Positions 26,234 through 37,743 of a DNA stretch of 64,000 bases are shown in pieces. This DNA comes from a virus, in IMG/VR virus record IMGVR_UViG_3300025598_000021; one strand, given 5' to 3'. Each line of letters opens with the position of its first letter. The stretch's first letter is position 1. The notes beneath the pieces were generated by a model. It had not been told where the DNA came from. It saw only the letters and a list, made by a program, of their open reading frames with translations, and searched no databases. The translations under genes were made by a program, and so were the position numbers.

Positions 26234-29200
26234 ATGCCTTTAAATACCGATTTAAACGTCTCTCCTTATTTTGACGACTTTAACGCCAACAACCAGTATT
26301 ATAGAATTCTGTTTAAGCCGGGTGTAGCAGTCCAAGCACGTGAGATGACACAGCTGCAGTCGACGCTTCAAAATCAGATTGAGAGCTTTGGCGACTGGGC
26401 ATTTAAAAACGGTGATATCGTCTCTGGCTGTACTATTACAGATATTCCAATCCTTCCATATGTTAGAATTTCAGACTATCAGGCAAATGGCGCAACGTTC
26501 GACATCACGGCTCTTCCAAACTCGCAGGTCATATGTCTGACTTCTAACCTACAGGCTAGAGTGCTGTTCTCTAACACCGGTCTTCAGACTAACTATCCTG
26601 CGACGAACATTATATATCTGAAGTATCTCAACACCGGCGTCAACGGTGAGACGCGTTTTGGTAACACTGACCAGCTGACTTTCAACAGCGCCGGCAACAC
26701 GGCAAACGTCATCGCGACTGTTAACGTATATCCTAATACGACTGCCGGGTATGTGACTACAGGTAACGCACACGGCATCTATCTAACAGACGGTGTGGTG
26801 TATCTATCCGGTACGTTTGTTAAAGTACTAACACCTACATATGGTCTAGTCAACGCATATGGTCTTGCAGCCGGTAACAACGTCGTAGGATTCCAGGCGA
26901 CTGAGACCATCATCAACTCAAACCAGGATCAGTCTCTTCTCGACAACGCACTCGGCTATCCTAACCAGAACGCTCCTGGCGCAGATCGTCTTAAGATCTC
27001 TCCTACTCTCGTTTCGCTCGATCCAAACACTGCAGCTAACACGGTTGGGTTCAATCCTATCGCGACTTATAACTATGGTTCTCTTGTATCTAAAGCTAAA
27101 GCTGGATCTAACTTATATTCTATCGTCGGCAACGCTATCGCTAAGAGAACCTACGATCAGTCTGGTAACTTCGTAACTAATCCATTCGTAATTGATACTG
27201 TCACAGACGTTCCTTCCGGAAGTCTTCCTTCTATTGACGCTAATACCGTATATGGTAGAGTCAATCCTGGTTCAGGCTACGCTCTTGGTCAGTCTGTAGG
27301 TAACGATCGCGTATTCTACATCAACATGAGAAGAGGTGTAGACACTAACGTAAACAAGCAGCAGCAGATTACGTTTAACTACGGCGGCTACTACATCGTA
27401 AAAGAAGTAGCAGGCACGTTCCCATTTAATAAAGCGCAATCTGTAGACTTGTATAACGCGCCACTACAAGCCGTTACTAATAGAAACTTCTCAAGTCTTA
27501 CTCCTATCACTTCTGGTAGTACTACGACCATCACACAGGGATCTACTGTAGCGACTAAGATTGGTACTGCACAGCTCAGATGTTTTACGTATAACTCTGG
27601 ATTCGTTGGCGCAAATAACACGCTGTATAACCTTCATATGTTCAACATCCAGATGAGCAATGGTTACAGCGCTAGTCAGATTGCTTCTATATTCTATAAC
27701 GGTTCTCCCGCTGCAGTAGCTGACGTTGCCTCTGGAAGTTATCTTGGCGTCGGTGCTTCACAGCTTTTCTCGTTTGGCGTACAGGGTGTTAAGAACTTAA
27801 GAGACAGCAGCAACAACAATAATTCAGAATATGTTTATCGCACGGTACAGTCTAGCAGCATCACTGGAACTGATTCAAACGGTAATACGATCGTAACTAT
27901 CACTACATCTTCGACGGGTGGTACTGACATACTTCCATACGGTAACGGCATATTGTCTACTCTAGATGCAGCGACGATAAACTTAATTGCTACCGCAAAC
28001 GTAGACACGACTGCCCTATCCGGCACTGTATCCGTATCAAACTCAAGTACACTCGTGACCGGCTCCGGCAGTACATTCACTCTCGTGTTTAATCCAGGAG
28101 ACCAGATCAAAGTAGGTTCTACTATTAAGACAGTTAATAACGTCGTTAATAGTACTGCTCTATATGTGGATTCGACATTCCCGTCTACCCTCGGCGGTCA
28201 GACATACTATAAGAGTATACTCAACGGTAAGATCATTCCTATCCAGAGCAATCTTAACAATCCATTTGGTTACGTCACAGTCACCAATACGACTTCATTT
28301 ACTATCACTACGAATCTTAACTTGCAGAGCAGCTGCCCAGTCAACGTCGTATTTGACGTAATGAGAACTACAGTATCTCCTGCTAAGAAAAACATCAACA
28401 AAGATAGATTCGTAAAGATTCAAGCAAACACTAATCCACTTGGACCATGGTGCTTGGGATTCAGCGACGTCAGCCAGGTTAAAGCCATCTATGGTTCGAC
28501 TACTACCACGTTTACGAACGCTAATGGTATCAACGCCGTCGATTTGACTTCTAATTTCTCGTTCGACAGCGGCCAAAAAGATAACTACTATGATCTTGGA
28601 TACATCTATAATGACGGCGGCTACAGCGCGACCGCGTATCCATACCTACTGGTCCAGCTCGATTATCTATCGACGAACACGAGCCCAGGCGTTGGATTCT
28701 TTACTGTAGAGTCTTATCCAATTGACGATGGCACTACGCTAACTGGTACTGCAACGGTATATTCTACTACTTCGCTAGTCACAGGTAACAACACGTCATT
28801 CGTCACAGACTTAAATGTCGGCGATACTATATCGGTTCTTGGCACTTCGAAGAATGTCGTTTCTATTACTAATTCTACTTCACTCACTGTAGATTCGCCG
28901 TTCTTAGCTAACTCACAGAGTCAGGTGTATGTCAGATATAGAAAGAATACTATTCTAACTAAAGACGTTCCACTCTATATAGACTCACAGGGTGGACAAA
29001 ATTATCTTAGAGACTATGTAGACTTTAGAATACCTTCTAATCCTACGGCTAATGACACGGGATCGGTCGACACCTCTAATGCCGCGCAGATCATCGCCGC
29101 AGTAGGATATGCGACACTCAATCCATCAAACACGCTATCGTTTATCGTACCTACTAACGGTCTCAACGTACCTTCGTATGGCAGAAACTTCCAGGCAGAC

Positions 29201-30373
29201 TATACTCAGTATCTTGCGAGAAAAGACTTAGTATATTTTACACCTGATAACGCGATCAAAGTTAAAGAAGGCGTATCTAGTACATCGCCGCAGACTCCAC
29301 TCTATCCGGACAACGGCATGGCAGTGGCTGTATTAAACGTTCCTCCATTCCCATCTTTATCTAGCGACCAGGTCCTACAAGACCAGAAAGTTAATCAGCT
29401 TTCTAAGAATCTAATAAGAGACACCACGACCGCTATCTCAAGCGCTATCGTCACCAATCGCGCATACAGCATGAGAGACATCGGCAAGCTAGATCAGAGA
29501 ATTACAAATCTAGAGTATTATACTTCTCTATCGCTATTAGAATCATCAGCCACCACGCTAACGGTCACCGACGCTAACGGGCTAAATAGATTTAAAAATG
29601 GTATTTTCGTAGACCCATTCAACGACTTTACGTATTCTGATGTAAGTAATCCCGAGTATTCTATAGCCATTGATTCGTCAAGAGGTATTGCAAGACCTAA
29701 ATTCGCTCAAGAGACTATTAACTTTGTCGTCAACAACACTCTATCTACTGTAGCGAATCAAGGTGTTCACTCTAATAGAAACTTCTTTGTAGACTCTACT
29801 AACAATATCCAAAAGACGGGTAGATGTTTAACGCTTCCATACAACGAAGTTACGTATCTTTCACAACCGTTCGCTACTAAATATAGATCATCTGCACACG
29901 TTCAAGCAGCGTGGAACGGCTCGATGATACTTCTTCCATCGTTCAATGATAATATTGATCTTAATAAGTCTTCAGTGAACATAACTCTCGATAATACCAC
30001 GCCGTGGAAACAGTTTGCTTCATCGCCGTTTGGCTCCATCTGGGGTCCTTGGCAGACGACTCAGTCTATTACTACAAATACTGTTGTATCTGGAGTGGCT
30101 AATACATACAGCATATCGCTTGGTTACTTCGGTAACGGCGGTGGCGCTGCGGGTGCTGCTGCTGCGACTGCCGCTGCGGTCGCTGCTCAATACGCTGCGC
30201 AGGGCTATCAGATCGGTTCTGCTAGCGCTCAGTTTGGTGGCGGTGGTGCTTTCACGAAGCTAGTATCCAGCGTTAACGCTTCCGGTGATACTTCGAATAC
30301 GATCATTATTAATAAAGGTAACACACCAAACTACCAGAATATCGGTGCCGGCTATCCTCTTTACACAGGATAA
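26234..30373 (+). CDS. Large virion structural protein, DUF4815/VrlC-like N-terminal part
   Basis: DLNVSPYFDDF...YRILFKPGVAVQAREMTQLQ; NAPGADRLKI; YSMRDIGKLDQRITNLEYYTSLSLLE...RFKNGIFVDPF; late promoter at 26098-26105. Confidence 0.82.
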   Translation: MPLNTDLNVSPYFDDFNANNQYYRILFKPGVAVQAREMTQLQSTLQNQIESFGDWAFKNGDIVSGCTITDIPILPYVRISDYQANGATFDITALPNSQVICLTSNLQARVLFSNTGLQTNYPATNIIYLKYLNTGVNGETRFGNTDQLTFNSAGNTANVIATVNVYPNTTAGYVTTGNAHGIYLTDGVVYLSGTFVKVLTPTYGLVNAYGLAAGNNVVGFQATETIINSNQDQSLLDNALGYPNQNAPGADRLKISPTLVSLDPNTAANTVGFNPIATYNYGSLVSKAKAGSNLYSIVGNAIAKRTYDQSGNFVTNPFVIDTVTDVPSGSLPSIDANTVYGRVNPGSGYALGQSVGNDRVFYINMRRGVDTNVNKQQQITFNYGGYYIVKEVAGTFPFNKAQSVDLYNAPLQAVTNRNFSSLTPITSGSTTTITQGSTVATKIGTAQLRCFTYNSGFVGANNTLYNLHMFNIQMSNGYSASQIASIFYNGSPAAVADVASGSYLGVGASQLFSFGVQGVKNLRDSSNNNNSEYVYRTVQSSSITGTDSNGNTIVTITTSSTGGTDILPYGNGILSTLDAATINLIATANVDTTALSGTVSVSNSSTLVTGSGSTFTLVFNPGDQIKVGSTIKTVNNVVNSTALYVDSTFPSTLGGQTYYKSILNGKIIPIQSNLNNPFGYVTVTNTTSFTITTNLNLQSSCPVNVVFDVMRTTVSPAKKNINKDRFVKIQANTNPLGPWCLGFSDVSQVKAIYGSTTTTFTNANGINAVDLTSNFSFDSGQKDNYYDLGYIYNDGGYSATAYPYLLVQLDYLSTNTSPGVGFFTVESYPIDDGTTLTGTATVYSTTSLVTGNNTSFVTDLNVGDTISVLGTSKNVVSITNSTSLTVDSPFLANSQSQVYVRYRKNTILTKDVPLYIDSQGGQNYLRDYVDFRIPSNPTANDTGSVDTSNAAQIIAAVGYATLNPSNTLSFIVPTNGLNVPSYGRNFQADYTQYLARKDLVYFTPDNAIKVKEGVSSTSPQTPLYPDNGMAVAVLNVPPFPSLSSDQVLQDQKVNQLSKNLIRDTTTAISSAIVTNRAYSMRDIGKLDQRITNLEYYTSLSLLESSATTLTVTDANGLNRFKNGIFVDPFNDFTYSDVSNPEYSIAIDSSRGIARPKFAQETINFVVNNTLSTVANQGVHSNRNFFVDSTNNIQKTGRCLTLPYNEVTYLSQPFATKYRSSAHVQAAWNGSMILLPSFNDNIDLNKSSVNITLDNTTPWKQFASSPFGSIWGPWQTTQSITTNTVVSGVANTYSISLGYFGNGGGAAGAAAATAAAVAAQYAAQGYQIGSASAQFGGGGAFTKLVSSVNASGDTSNTIIINKGNTPNYQNIGAGYPLYTG

Positions 30374-30403
30374 ATATTATATTATTGAATCAGGAGTTTT
30401 AAA

Positions 30404-33385
30404 TTGGCAGCAGTTAATACAACTACAACGACTACAGTCACTACTTCGACAAGTCAAGGAATTCAGCTCACAGTTGGTTCTCAGTCTAATACGATCGCAG
30501 TTGGTAACTTCGTAACAGACGTAGCAATTCAACCATATATTGCACCAATCACAATTGGTTTCTTTGCATATAACATGCGTCCTAATCAGACGTATCACGT
30601 ATTCTTTGACGGCGTTTTAGTTGATCAGTTCTGCGCTCCTGGAACTGTTGCCGCACTAGCATCTGCCGGTACCGGCGCGATCACTTCTGTAGATACTTCT
30701 AGCGCATCAACGATCTCATTGACTGGTACTTGGGGTTCTCCAATTACGTCAGATTCTAGAGGCTATGTCTTTGGTCAGTTCAACGTTCCTGCCGGCCAGT
30801 TTAGAACTGGCGAGAGAGTATTAGAAATCGCCGACGTTACAAGCCTCGTGCAGGGCAACGACGCTCTTACTTCTAAAGCTTCTGCAACATTCGTCGCTTC
30901 GAACCTAAACGTTACTAAGCAGGCAGTCACACTAACGACAGTCAACCCTGTTCTTGGAAATCGGCCGGTAACTAATACGGTAGTAACTACCAACGTTCAG
31001 ATCGTTAACACGACAATTCCTGATATCGTAAACATCGTCGGCTACTACGAGCCTATCGCTCAGGGTCTGACCATCAACACGCCGACTAGCGAAGCCGGTA
31101 TCTATGCGACTTCGCTAGACATATTCTTTAAGCAGAAGTCTCTAACTAGTAATACGAACGGCGTTACTACCTATCTCTGTGAAGTAAACAACGGCTACCC
31201 AGACGGTTCGCGCATCCTACCGTTCTCGACAGTTCATCTAAACTACGGTGATATCAGCACCAGCGCTGACGCGTCTGTTCCAACTACCTTCGCCTATGAG
31301 TCACCTGTATTCTTGAGCAGCGGCAAAGAATATGCGTTCATCGTTCGTCCGGACAACGGCGATCCAGACTATTTCGTGTACAGCGCTAACCTTGGTGATA
31401 CCGACATCAAGACAGGAACGCAAGTTTACAGCCAGCCTACTGTCGGCACGGCCTTCTACGGCGCCACCATGAACGAGTGGACTGCGCTGCAGACAGAATA
31501 TATCAAGTTCAACTTAAATAGAGCAGACTTTATTCATAATAGTTCTGGTTTCTATTCAGGGGACGCGTACTTTAACAACGCTAACACGGACTACCTGTCT
31601 GTATATAACATTACGTATTCAAACAGCACTTCGACACTTCTTCCCGGAGACACGGTCTATGTCGCAGCTAATGCGTGGGTGAATACAGTAACTACGAGCA
31701 TTCAGGGTACTCTAAGATACTACGACAACGTCAAAGGTCTGTTCTACGTAGAGAACTCCACTGCAAACTTTACTAACAACGCTTTCATACAGGTACATAG
31801 ATTCGCTAACGCCTCGCTTGCAGCGACAAACGCTGTAACGAACACCACGCTGGTCGCGTACGCCAACACTAATGCTATGTACAATCCAAAGATCAACGAC
31901 ATCGTTGGACAGTTCTCTTTCATCTCACCAGCAGGTACTGCCTTAACTTATAAGTATAAAGGAACCAGCAACACCTACGCGGTCGAGAGCAATGAGAATT
32001 CAATTACTCTCGGTTATGAGACAGAATTCTATGACCAAGAGAGAATGGTAGCGAGCGTATCTAACGAAGTAGCCCGTATGGGTGGCGCGAAGTCTATGAC
32101 TGTCCATTCTAACTTTACGACTGACACTCCTTTCGTGTCGCCTCTGATCGACACCGTTCGCGCGAACGCACTTATCATTAGAAACTTGGTAGACTATCCA
32201 CAGTTCTCATATAACGAGTATTATAACAACGGTCTATCTAGAACAAAGTATATATCAAAGGTAGTTACTCTAGCTGCTGGACAAGACGCGCAGGACCTGC
32301 AGGTAATTCTATCTGCCCATAGACCGCCTGGAACTGACATCAAGGTCTATGTTAAGCTTCTAAGCGGACAAGATCCAGACGTCATCAGCGCTAAGACTTG
32401 GACGCCATTGAACAATCTGTCGTACACCATCTATGCAGATCCGAGTAATCCATCTGACATGAGAGAGTATACGTACTCGTTCTACAACGGCTATAGCCTA
32501 GTTCCAACATCCGGAACCATCACCACGACAAGTGCGTGCACCGTGATCAACGGCGTAGGAACGCTGTTTGGCAGTGAGATCGACGTCGGGTACTACATCA
32601 ACATGGCCGCTAACGCGACTTACGGTGAGACTGCTAGACAGGTAGTGTCTATCGCTAACTCCACACAGCTCACGCTGAACGCCCCGTTTGGAACGACATA
32701 CACCGCTAACGCATACTACATCGTCCCTCCTCCAACAACTGCGTGGATGGCCACGAACGCTAACACGAGCATACTCGGCTCCGTCAGCATGTCGACCAGC
32801 AACAACACAATCACCGGTACTTTCCAGACCTTCACGGCAAACACGCTAACGGTTTTCAACAACTCGATCTACATCACAAACGCTAATTCGTACTTCAACG
32901 TAGGCGATAGAGTATACTACGCCGTACCTTCTGGTAATACTGCGATCGGCGGGTTGACCGGCAACACCAGCTACTACATCGCGACTTCTAATAGCACGGC
33001 CGTGACACTAAACATTCAGCAGAACAACACGTCACCGACTACTCTAACTGGAGCTACTACTAATCCTGGTCAGACGCACAGTCTCAACACGACGTACTTC
33101 ACTTCGCAGTTCAACGTCGGCAGCATAATCGGTATCGCCGGCGACAGACAGACTATCACAGCTATTCAGAACAACGTGTCTCTGTCTGTAGGTGAGCCTT
33201 GGAGCTCAACAGGCAGTCAAGTGAACGCCTATCTTGTAGCGTCAGGCGGTGCGTCGTATGTCTCTAACACTGGCGCTGCTTATACGAACTTCAAACAGTT
33301 CGCTATTAAGATCATTCTACAGTCAAAAGACAGCTCTAAGATTCCAATTATCGACAGTCTACAGGCACTGGCTCTACAACTATGA
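30404..33385 (+). CDS. Large virion structural protein, DUF4815/VrlC-like C-terminal part
   Basis: AGGAG SD plus TTG start; EPIAQG, SLDIFFKQK, KYISKVVTL, FKQFAIKIIL motifs. Confidence 0.78.
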   Translation: MAAVNTTTTTTVTTSTSQGIQLTVGSQSNTIAVGNFVTDVAIQPYIAPITIGFFAYNMRPNQTYHVFFDGVLVDQFCAPGTVAALASAGTGAITSVDTSSASTISLTGTWGSPITSDSRGYVFGQFNVPAGQFRTGERVLEIADVTSLVQGNDALTSKASATFVASNLNVTKQAVTLTTVNPVLGNRPVTNTVVTTNVQIVNTTIPDIVNIVGYYEPIAQGLTINTPTSEAGIYATSLDIFFKQKSLTSNTNGVTTYLCEVNNGYPDGSRILPFSTVHLNYGDISTSADASVPTTFAYESPVFLSSGKEYAFIVRPDNGDPDYFVYSANLGDTDIKTGTQVYSQPTVGTAFYGATMNEWTALQTEYIKFNLNRADFIHNSSGFYSGDAYFNNANTDYLSVYNITYSNSTSTLLPGDTVYVAANAWVNTVTTSIQGTLRYYDNVKGLFYVENSTANFTNNAFIQVHRFANASLAATNAVTNTTLVAYANTNAMYNPKINDIVGQFSFISPAGTALTYKYKGTSNTYAVESNENSITLGYETEFYDQERMVASVSNEVARMGGAKSMTVHSNFTTDTPFVSPLIDTVRANALIIRNLVDYPQFSYNEYYNNGLSRTKYISKVVTLAAGQDAQDLQVILSAHRPPGTDIKVYVKLLSGQDPDVISAKTWTPLNNLSYTIYADPSNPSDMREYTYSFYNGYSLVPTSGTITTTSACTVINGVGTLFGSEIDVGYYINMAANATYGETARQVVSIANSTQLTLNAPFGTTYTANAYYIVPPPTTAWMATNANTSILGSVSMSTSNNTITGTFQTFTANTLTVFNNSIYITNANSYFNVGDRVYYAVPSGNTAIGGLTGNTSYYIATSNSTAVTLNIQQNNTSPTTLTGATTNPGQTHSLNTTYFTSQFNVGSIIGIAGDRQTITAIQNNVSLSVGEPWSSTGSQVNAYLVASGGASYVSNTGAAYTNFKQFAIKIILQSKDSSKIPIIDSLQALALQL

Positions 33386-33612
33386 TCAATGAGACTCAAT
33401 ACATAAAAACAGACACAGAAGGGTTTGTTAAAGATCCTTCTTCTGGAGCGATTCTTAGCGTGGATAACGCAAAACTTGAAGCTTACAAGCGTCAGAAGCA
33501 GTTTATAAATAATACTACAAGAACTAATGAGAGAATCGAAAAAGTAGAGAAAGATCTCTCAGACATAAAAAATATGCTTCAAGCATTACTAAGAGAAAAT
33601 AATAAATGCTAA
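33382..33612 (+). CDS. Small protein following the VrlC-like gene
   Basis: FVKDPSSGAILSVD...DLSDIKNMLQALL. Confidence 0.7.
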   Translation: MINETQYIKTDTEGFVKDPSSGAILSVDNAKLEAYKRQKQFINNTTRTNERIEKVEKDLSDIKNMLQALLRENNKC

Positions 33613-34328
33613 CAATCGCAAACACGAATCTAACGAACACATTTGACTACTGGAGATCGCGTACAAACGAGTTAGCAACTGCTATGTCAACTTGTGTTGT
33701 GACCACTGACGCTAATACCAGTTCTACTACCGCCGTTGGTAACGCGAGTATAACTGGAACTTTTACCTCAAACAATCAAATTGTAAATAATAACATATTC
33801 GCAAATACGCTAACGGTAAACTCTGTAGCCGTAAGCGCTGCAGGAATGTACGTCGGCAACTCTACGACCAACACCGTAATCTCATACAACACTGTCAGCT
33901 TAGCCAACTCTTCAAGCACTCTGACGCTAGGCATTCCTACCACGACCCAGGTGTCGAACGGCCAGTTCTTCTTGAACGCTAACGGATCATGGGCTGCTCT
34001 TTCAGGCTTCCCGTACTTAGCGGCCACCACGTTTAATACCGTAGGTGTCGGCCTCCAGCTAGTAGACTCATTCAACGCCGGTAACTTCACCACGGCCGAC
34101 TATATCATTCACGTTCGCGATAACATCAACAACATCGACTTCTCAACTAAAATATTTGTCATGGCGCTATCCACGGGCGTCCAGATGACTGAATACGCTC
34201 AGTTGACGACTGGATCTTCTATCGGATACTTCAACGTCACATGTGACGGTACCACATCGATACTGTACTTCACACCAACTAATGGTACGACATCAGCTAC
34301 CATCCGATTTGTTAGGATCACGACGTAA
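33606..34328 (+). CDS. Virion structural/fibre anchor protein
   Basis: TNTFDYWRSRTN N-terminal motif; beta-rich C-terminal domain; late promoter at 33504-33511. Confidence 0.7.
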   Translation: MLTIANTNLTNTFDYWRSRTNELATAMSTCVVTTDANTSSTTAVGNASITGTFTSNNQIVNNNIFANTLTVNSVAVSAAGMYVGNSTTNTVISYNTVSLANSSSTLTLGIPTTTQVSNGQFFLNANGSWAALSGFPYLAATTFNTVGVGLQLVDSFNAGNFTTADYIIHVRDNINNIDFSTKIFVMALSTGVQMTEYAQLTTGSSIGYFNVTCDGTTSILYFTPTNGTTSATIRFVRITT

Positions 34329-34714
34329 TGGCTAGTAAGACAAATATAGTCATAGATCAGGGAACGACATTCTCGACAGACTTAAATCTGACGGACGACA
34401 CAGGCTTTCCTCTAAATCTGTCTGGATTTTACGCTAACTCTATGATGAAGAAGTGGTATACTTCTTCAAACTCTATAGTATTCACCACTTCAGTAAACGC
34501 CCTAGCTGGTATAATCACGCTCAGTCTGACGGCTAATGTAACTTCTAGCATAACACCCGGTAGATACGTATACGATGTGGACATTACAGAATCCGCGTCA
34601 GGTGCAGTATCTAGAGTCGTAGAGGGCTTGGTTACAGTTACTCCTTCTGCGACCGCCGTGACTTATCCAGCACCAAACACGAACATATATCCAAATAGCG
34701 CACCGTTAACATAA
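34328..34714 (+). CDS. Virion structural protein (Ig/BppU-like adaptor)
   Basis: NIVIDQGTTFS...GRYVYDV...SRVVEGLVTVTP. Confidence 0.7.
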   Translation: MASKTNIVIDQGTTFSTDLNLTDDTGFPLNLSGFYANSMMKKWYTSSNSIVFTTSVNALAGIITLSLTANVTSSITPGRYVYDVDITESASGAVSRVVEGLVTVTPSATAVTYPAPNTNIYPNSAPLT

Positions 34715-34983
34715 TGGTAAATGTAGTAGTATCCAGAAAGAGAACAGTCAATGTATCGACCCACGGAACTGGTGGGATCATCGATACATCTGTTCCAGTT
34801 ACTTTAAAGAATATTCCTGTACTATCCACCGGCGTGAATAGTATAGATCAGATGGTAGACGTTAATTTAACTCAAAGATCAGATGGATCTACTCTTATAT
34901 ACGATCAACCGACAGATACTTACATAGTAAAGCACGTTGATTTTACCGAGATAGATGGCAATTTAGATGGTGGCGTTTTTTAA
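34714..34983 (+). CDS. Short fibre-associated protein ending LDGGVF
   Basis: DVNLTQRSDGSTLIYD fibre motif. Confidence 0.65.
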   Translation: MVNVVVSRKRTVNVSTHGTGGIIDTSVPVTLKNIPVLSTGVNSIDQMVDVNLTQRSDGSTLIYDQPTDTYIVKHVDFTEIDGNLDGGVF

Positions 34984-35020
34984 AATATAAATAATTAAAA
35001 ATTTCAGGAGAACCATTTAA

Positions 35021-37138
35021 ATGGCCAATAACAAGATTCAAATCAAAAGATCGGTAGCCAACGCCGTTGTTACTGGTCTCTCAAATGGTGAGTTAGCATA
35101 TACCCAAGCCAGTAACACTCTCTGGATCGGCCTTCCAGATGGTTCGGGCGCAGCCGCAATCGCCGGAGCGCGTTATCCTGGTACGCTTACAGCCAACCAA
35201 GCGCTCGTAGCAAACGCCACTTCCGGCATCGATAGAATCATCGTCGCCAACGCCATCGTTACGACTCTTACCGCTAACGGCTCAGTTGGTACCAACGGAC
35301 AGGTTCTCGTCACAAACGGTACTGCGATATACTGGGGCACTGGTACTTCTGGCGCGAACACCAACATTCAGTTCAACGACTCTGGCGTCGCAAACGGCGT
35401 CGCCGGCTTTACGTTCGATAAGACTCAGAACAATCTATTCGTAGCTAATTCTCTATTCGTCGGCAACACCTCGCTCGTAAGTCCGACTGCAGTAGTTAAT
35501 ACTACAATAATGTACGTCGGTAACTCGGCCGGCAACACGACACAGAACACCACTTCATTCTTTATCTCCGGCAACGGCACGACTCTACCAACCGCCACTA
35601 TGACATCGAACGGTCTGGTCGTTGGTAACAGCTCGGTAATCGGCGCGCCGACACTCGTTCTTGCGAACTCAATAGGTAACACGGTCGTAAACACTACGTC
35701 CTATACCATGAGCAACGCGAACTACGTCGTTCTAGTAGCCAACACCTCCGGTTTCTTTGCCAACCAAGGCGCCATCCAATACGTCGGTAACACTACCGCT
35801 AACACAACTCAGAACTCATCGTCGTTCTTCATCACCGGTAATACTACCACACTACCGACTGCCACACTACTCGCTAACAACCTAACCATCGGTAACAGCT
35901 CAGTAACTGGTCTGCCAGGCATCAACATTGCCAACTCGACCGGCAATACTCTTATCTCAGTAACTTCATACGCTATAAGCAACTCTACAGCCAACGTAGT
36001 TACGATCAGCACGACTGGCATCGTCGGCAACACCGGCACGTCGATCGTCCTCGGTAACACTACGGTAAACACCGTAGCCAACTCATCTACTTTCCAGGTC
36101 GTCGGCAACACATCTACTCAGGCTACTGCTACTGTCAACTCTGCCGGTATCACGATCGGTAATACTACGATCACGAGCGCCGTCAACATCTACGTCGCTA
36201 ACACGACCGGTAACATATCAGTCAATACGACGTCGCTGGCCATCGGTGGTAATACTACCACGCTTGCAGCCGTATCGGTAACCGGCAACGGTGCGCTGTT
36301 CGGCAACGGTACGGTTACAGCGGCTCCTCAGCTCGCAGTATCTAACTCTACCGGCAACACGGTAATCAATACCACTTCGTTCTTGATGAGCAACGCCACA
36401 GGCACTGTCTACAGCATGAACACGACGTCTATGACGTTCAATGGTAACACATTCCTAAACGGTACAAACACGACTATCGCCTCTAACGTTACGATCTCCG
36501 GTGCGTACGTTAACGCTCCTGCTACTGATCTTACTATCAGAAACGTTTCGGTCGGTGGTAACCTCGTCGTCACTGGCACGGTATTCTCTGTTAATACCAT
36601 AACGCTTCAGGTAAACGACAACATCATCGAGCTCGGTGACAACAACACCACATCAGACGTCGTAGATACTGGCTGGTTCTCTCCTGCAGGTAACAGCACG
36701 AGCATCTGGTATTCTGGTATGGTTCGCGTCGCTAATAGATCGACGAACGCTAATCCATACTTCTGGCTATTTGGTTCTAATACTAATCCAAACACTGCAG
36801 TCAACATAGACACTTCTTCTAACTCAGCCACGGCTACCCTGCAGGCTTACCTAGTACCATACGGTGTCGGTGGTGGATTTGTAGCCAACTCTTCGAACGT
36901 CCAGATTACTGCCAACAGCACTCTCGGCGTTAATATAGTAGCAAATACTCTAACGTTATCAACTGCTCTTGCAGGAACTGAAGGTGGTACTGGTTATAAG
37001 ACTGTTACTAATAATGCGTTATTAGTTGGTAACTCAACAAATGGTTATAATCAACTAAGTCTTGGTACTTCTGGATACGTTCTTCAGTCTAACGGCACCA
37101 CTGTCGTTTACGATATTCTTGACGGTGGAGCTTTCTAA
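35021..37138 (+). CDS. Tail fibre-like protein (705 aa)
   Basis: IQIKRS...LSNGELAY N-terminus; N/T/S/G-rich beta repeats; ends LDGGAF; late promoter at 34986-34993. Confidence 0.8.
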   Translation: MANNKIQIKRSVANAVVTGLSNGELAYTQASNTLWIGLPDGSGAAAIAGARYPGTLTANQALVANATSGIDRIIVANAIVTTLTANGSVGTNGQVLVTNGTAIYWGTGTSGANTNIQFNDSGVANGVAGFTFDKTQNNLFVANSLFVGNTSLVSPTAVVNTTIMYVGNSAGNTTQNTTSFFISGNGTTLPTATMTSNGLVVGNSSVIGAPTLVLANSIGNTVVNTTSYTMSNANYVVLVANTSGFFANQGAIQYVGNTTANTTQNSSSFFITGNTTTLPTATLLANNLTIGNSSVTGLPGINIANSTGNTLISVTSYAISNSTANVVTISTTGIVGNTGTSIVLGNTTVNTVANSSTFQVVGNTSTQATATVNSAGITIGNTTITSAVNIYVANTTGNISVNTTSLAIGGNTTTLAAVSVTGNGALFGNGTVTAAPQLAVSNSTGNTVINTTSFLMSNATGTVYSMNTTSMTFNGNTFLNGTNTTIASNVTISGAYVNAPATDLTIRNVSVGGNLVVTGTVFSVNTITLQVNDNIIELGDNNTTSDVVDTGWFSPAGNSTSIWYSGMVRVANRSTNANPYFWLFGSNTNPNTAVNIDTSSNSATATLQAYLVPYGVGGGFVANSSNVQITANSTLGVNIVANTLTLSTALAGTEGGTGYKTVTNNALLVGNSTNGYNQLSLGTSGYVLQSNGTTVVYDILDGGAF

Positions 37139-37155
37139 ATAGGAGTGATTATATT

Positions 37156-37743
37156 ATGGAAAATGGTGATGAGGCGGCGAATATAGCAGTAGCGTATGTG
37201 CAGAGACAAGAACAGCTTCTAGTAGACTATATTAGAAAGACTATTCAGCTAGAAGTATCGTATGCCGGCCTTAAGGCTAAATTCGAAGAGCTCAGCGAAC
37301 ATAACTCCAATAATCTAAACATGATTAAAGAGTTATCCACCTCTCTAGAGCTTATAACTGTTGAGAGAAACGATCTAAAGAAAGCCGACACGAAGCTTCG
37401 CGATAGAATCGTTGAGATAGAAGAGATAAATAAACAAAAACTAATAGACGCAAAAGCCGAAGCCGACAAGAAGGTGAAAGAAGTAGAGGGTAAGACTTCT
37501 AACTATACCGTAGAATATACCAACCAGATCGGCGAACTAAATAATAATGTAACTGAATTAAAGACAAACTATGAATCTATAAAGAAGAATTTCGATACTC
37601 TAAATAGAGAATACGAGAGACAAAAGCAAGAACTACAGACTACATTTAATGAGAACGAATTATTAAAGTCAGAGCTGAGTAGATACTCAACAGATTTTAA
37701 GAAAGTAGCGAAGAAGAAGATACCAGAAGACAATACATTTTAA
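37156..37743 (+). CDS. Coiled-coil protein
   Basis: K/E/L-rich heptad pattern; AGGAG SD. Confidence 0.75.
   Translation: MENGDEAANIAVAYVQRQEQLLVDYIRKTIQLEVSYAGLKAKFEELSEHNSNNLNMIKELSTSLELITVERNDLKKADTKLRDRIVEIEEINKQKLIDAKAEADKKVKEVEGKTSNYTVEYTNQIGELNNNVTELKTNYESIKKNFDTLNREYERQKQELQTTFNENELLKSELSRYSTDFKKVAKKKIPEDNTF

Noticed and set aside
30371-30404. Stop readthrough or intron joining the two DUF4815 halves
   Set aside because: Two in-frame stops, only 30 nt, and a separate SD and start
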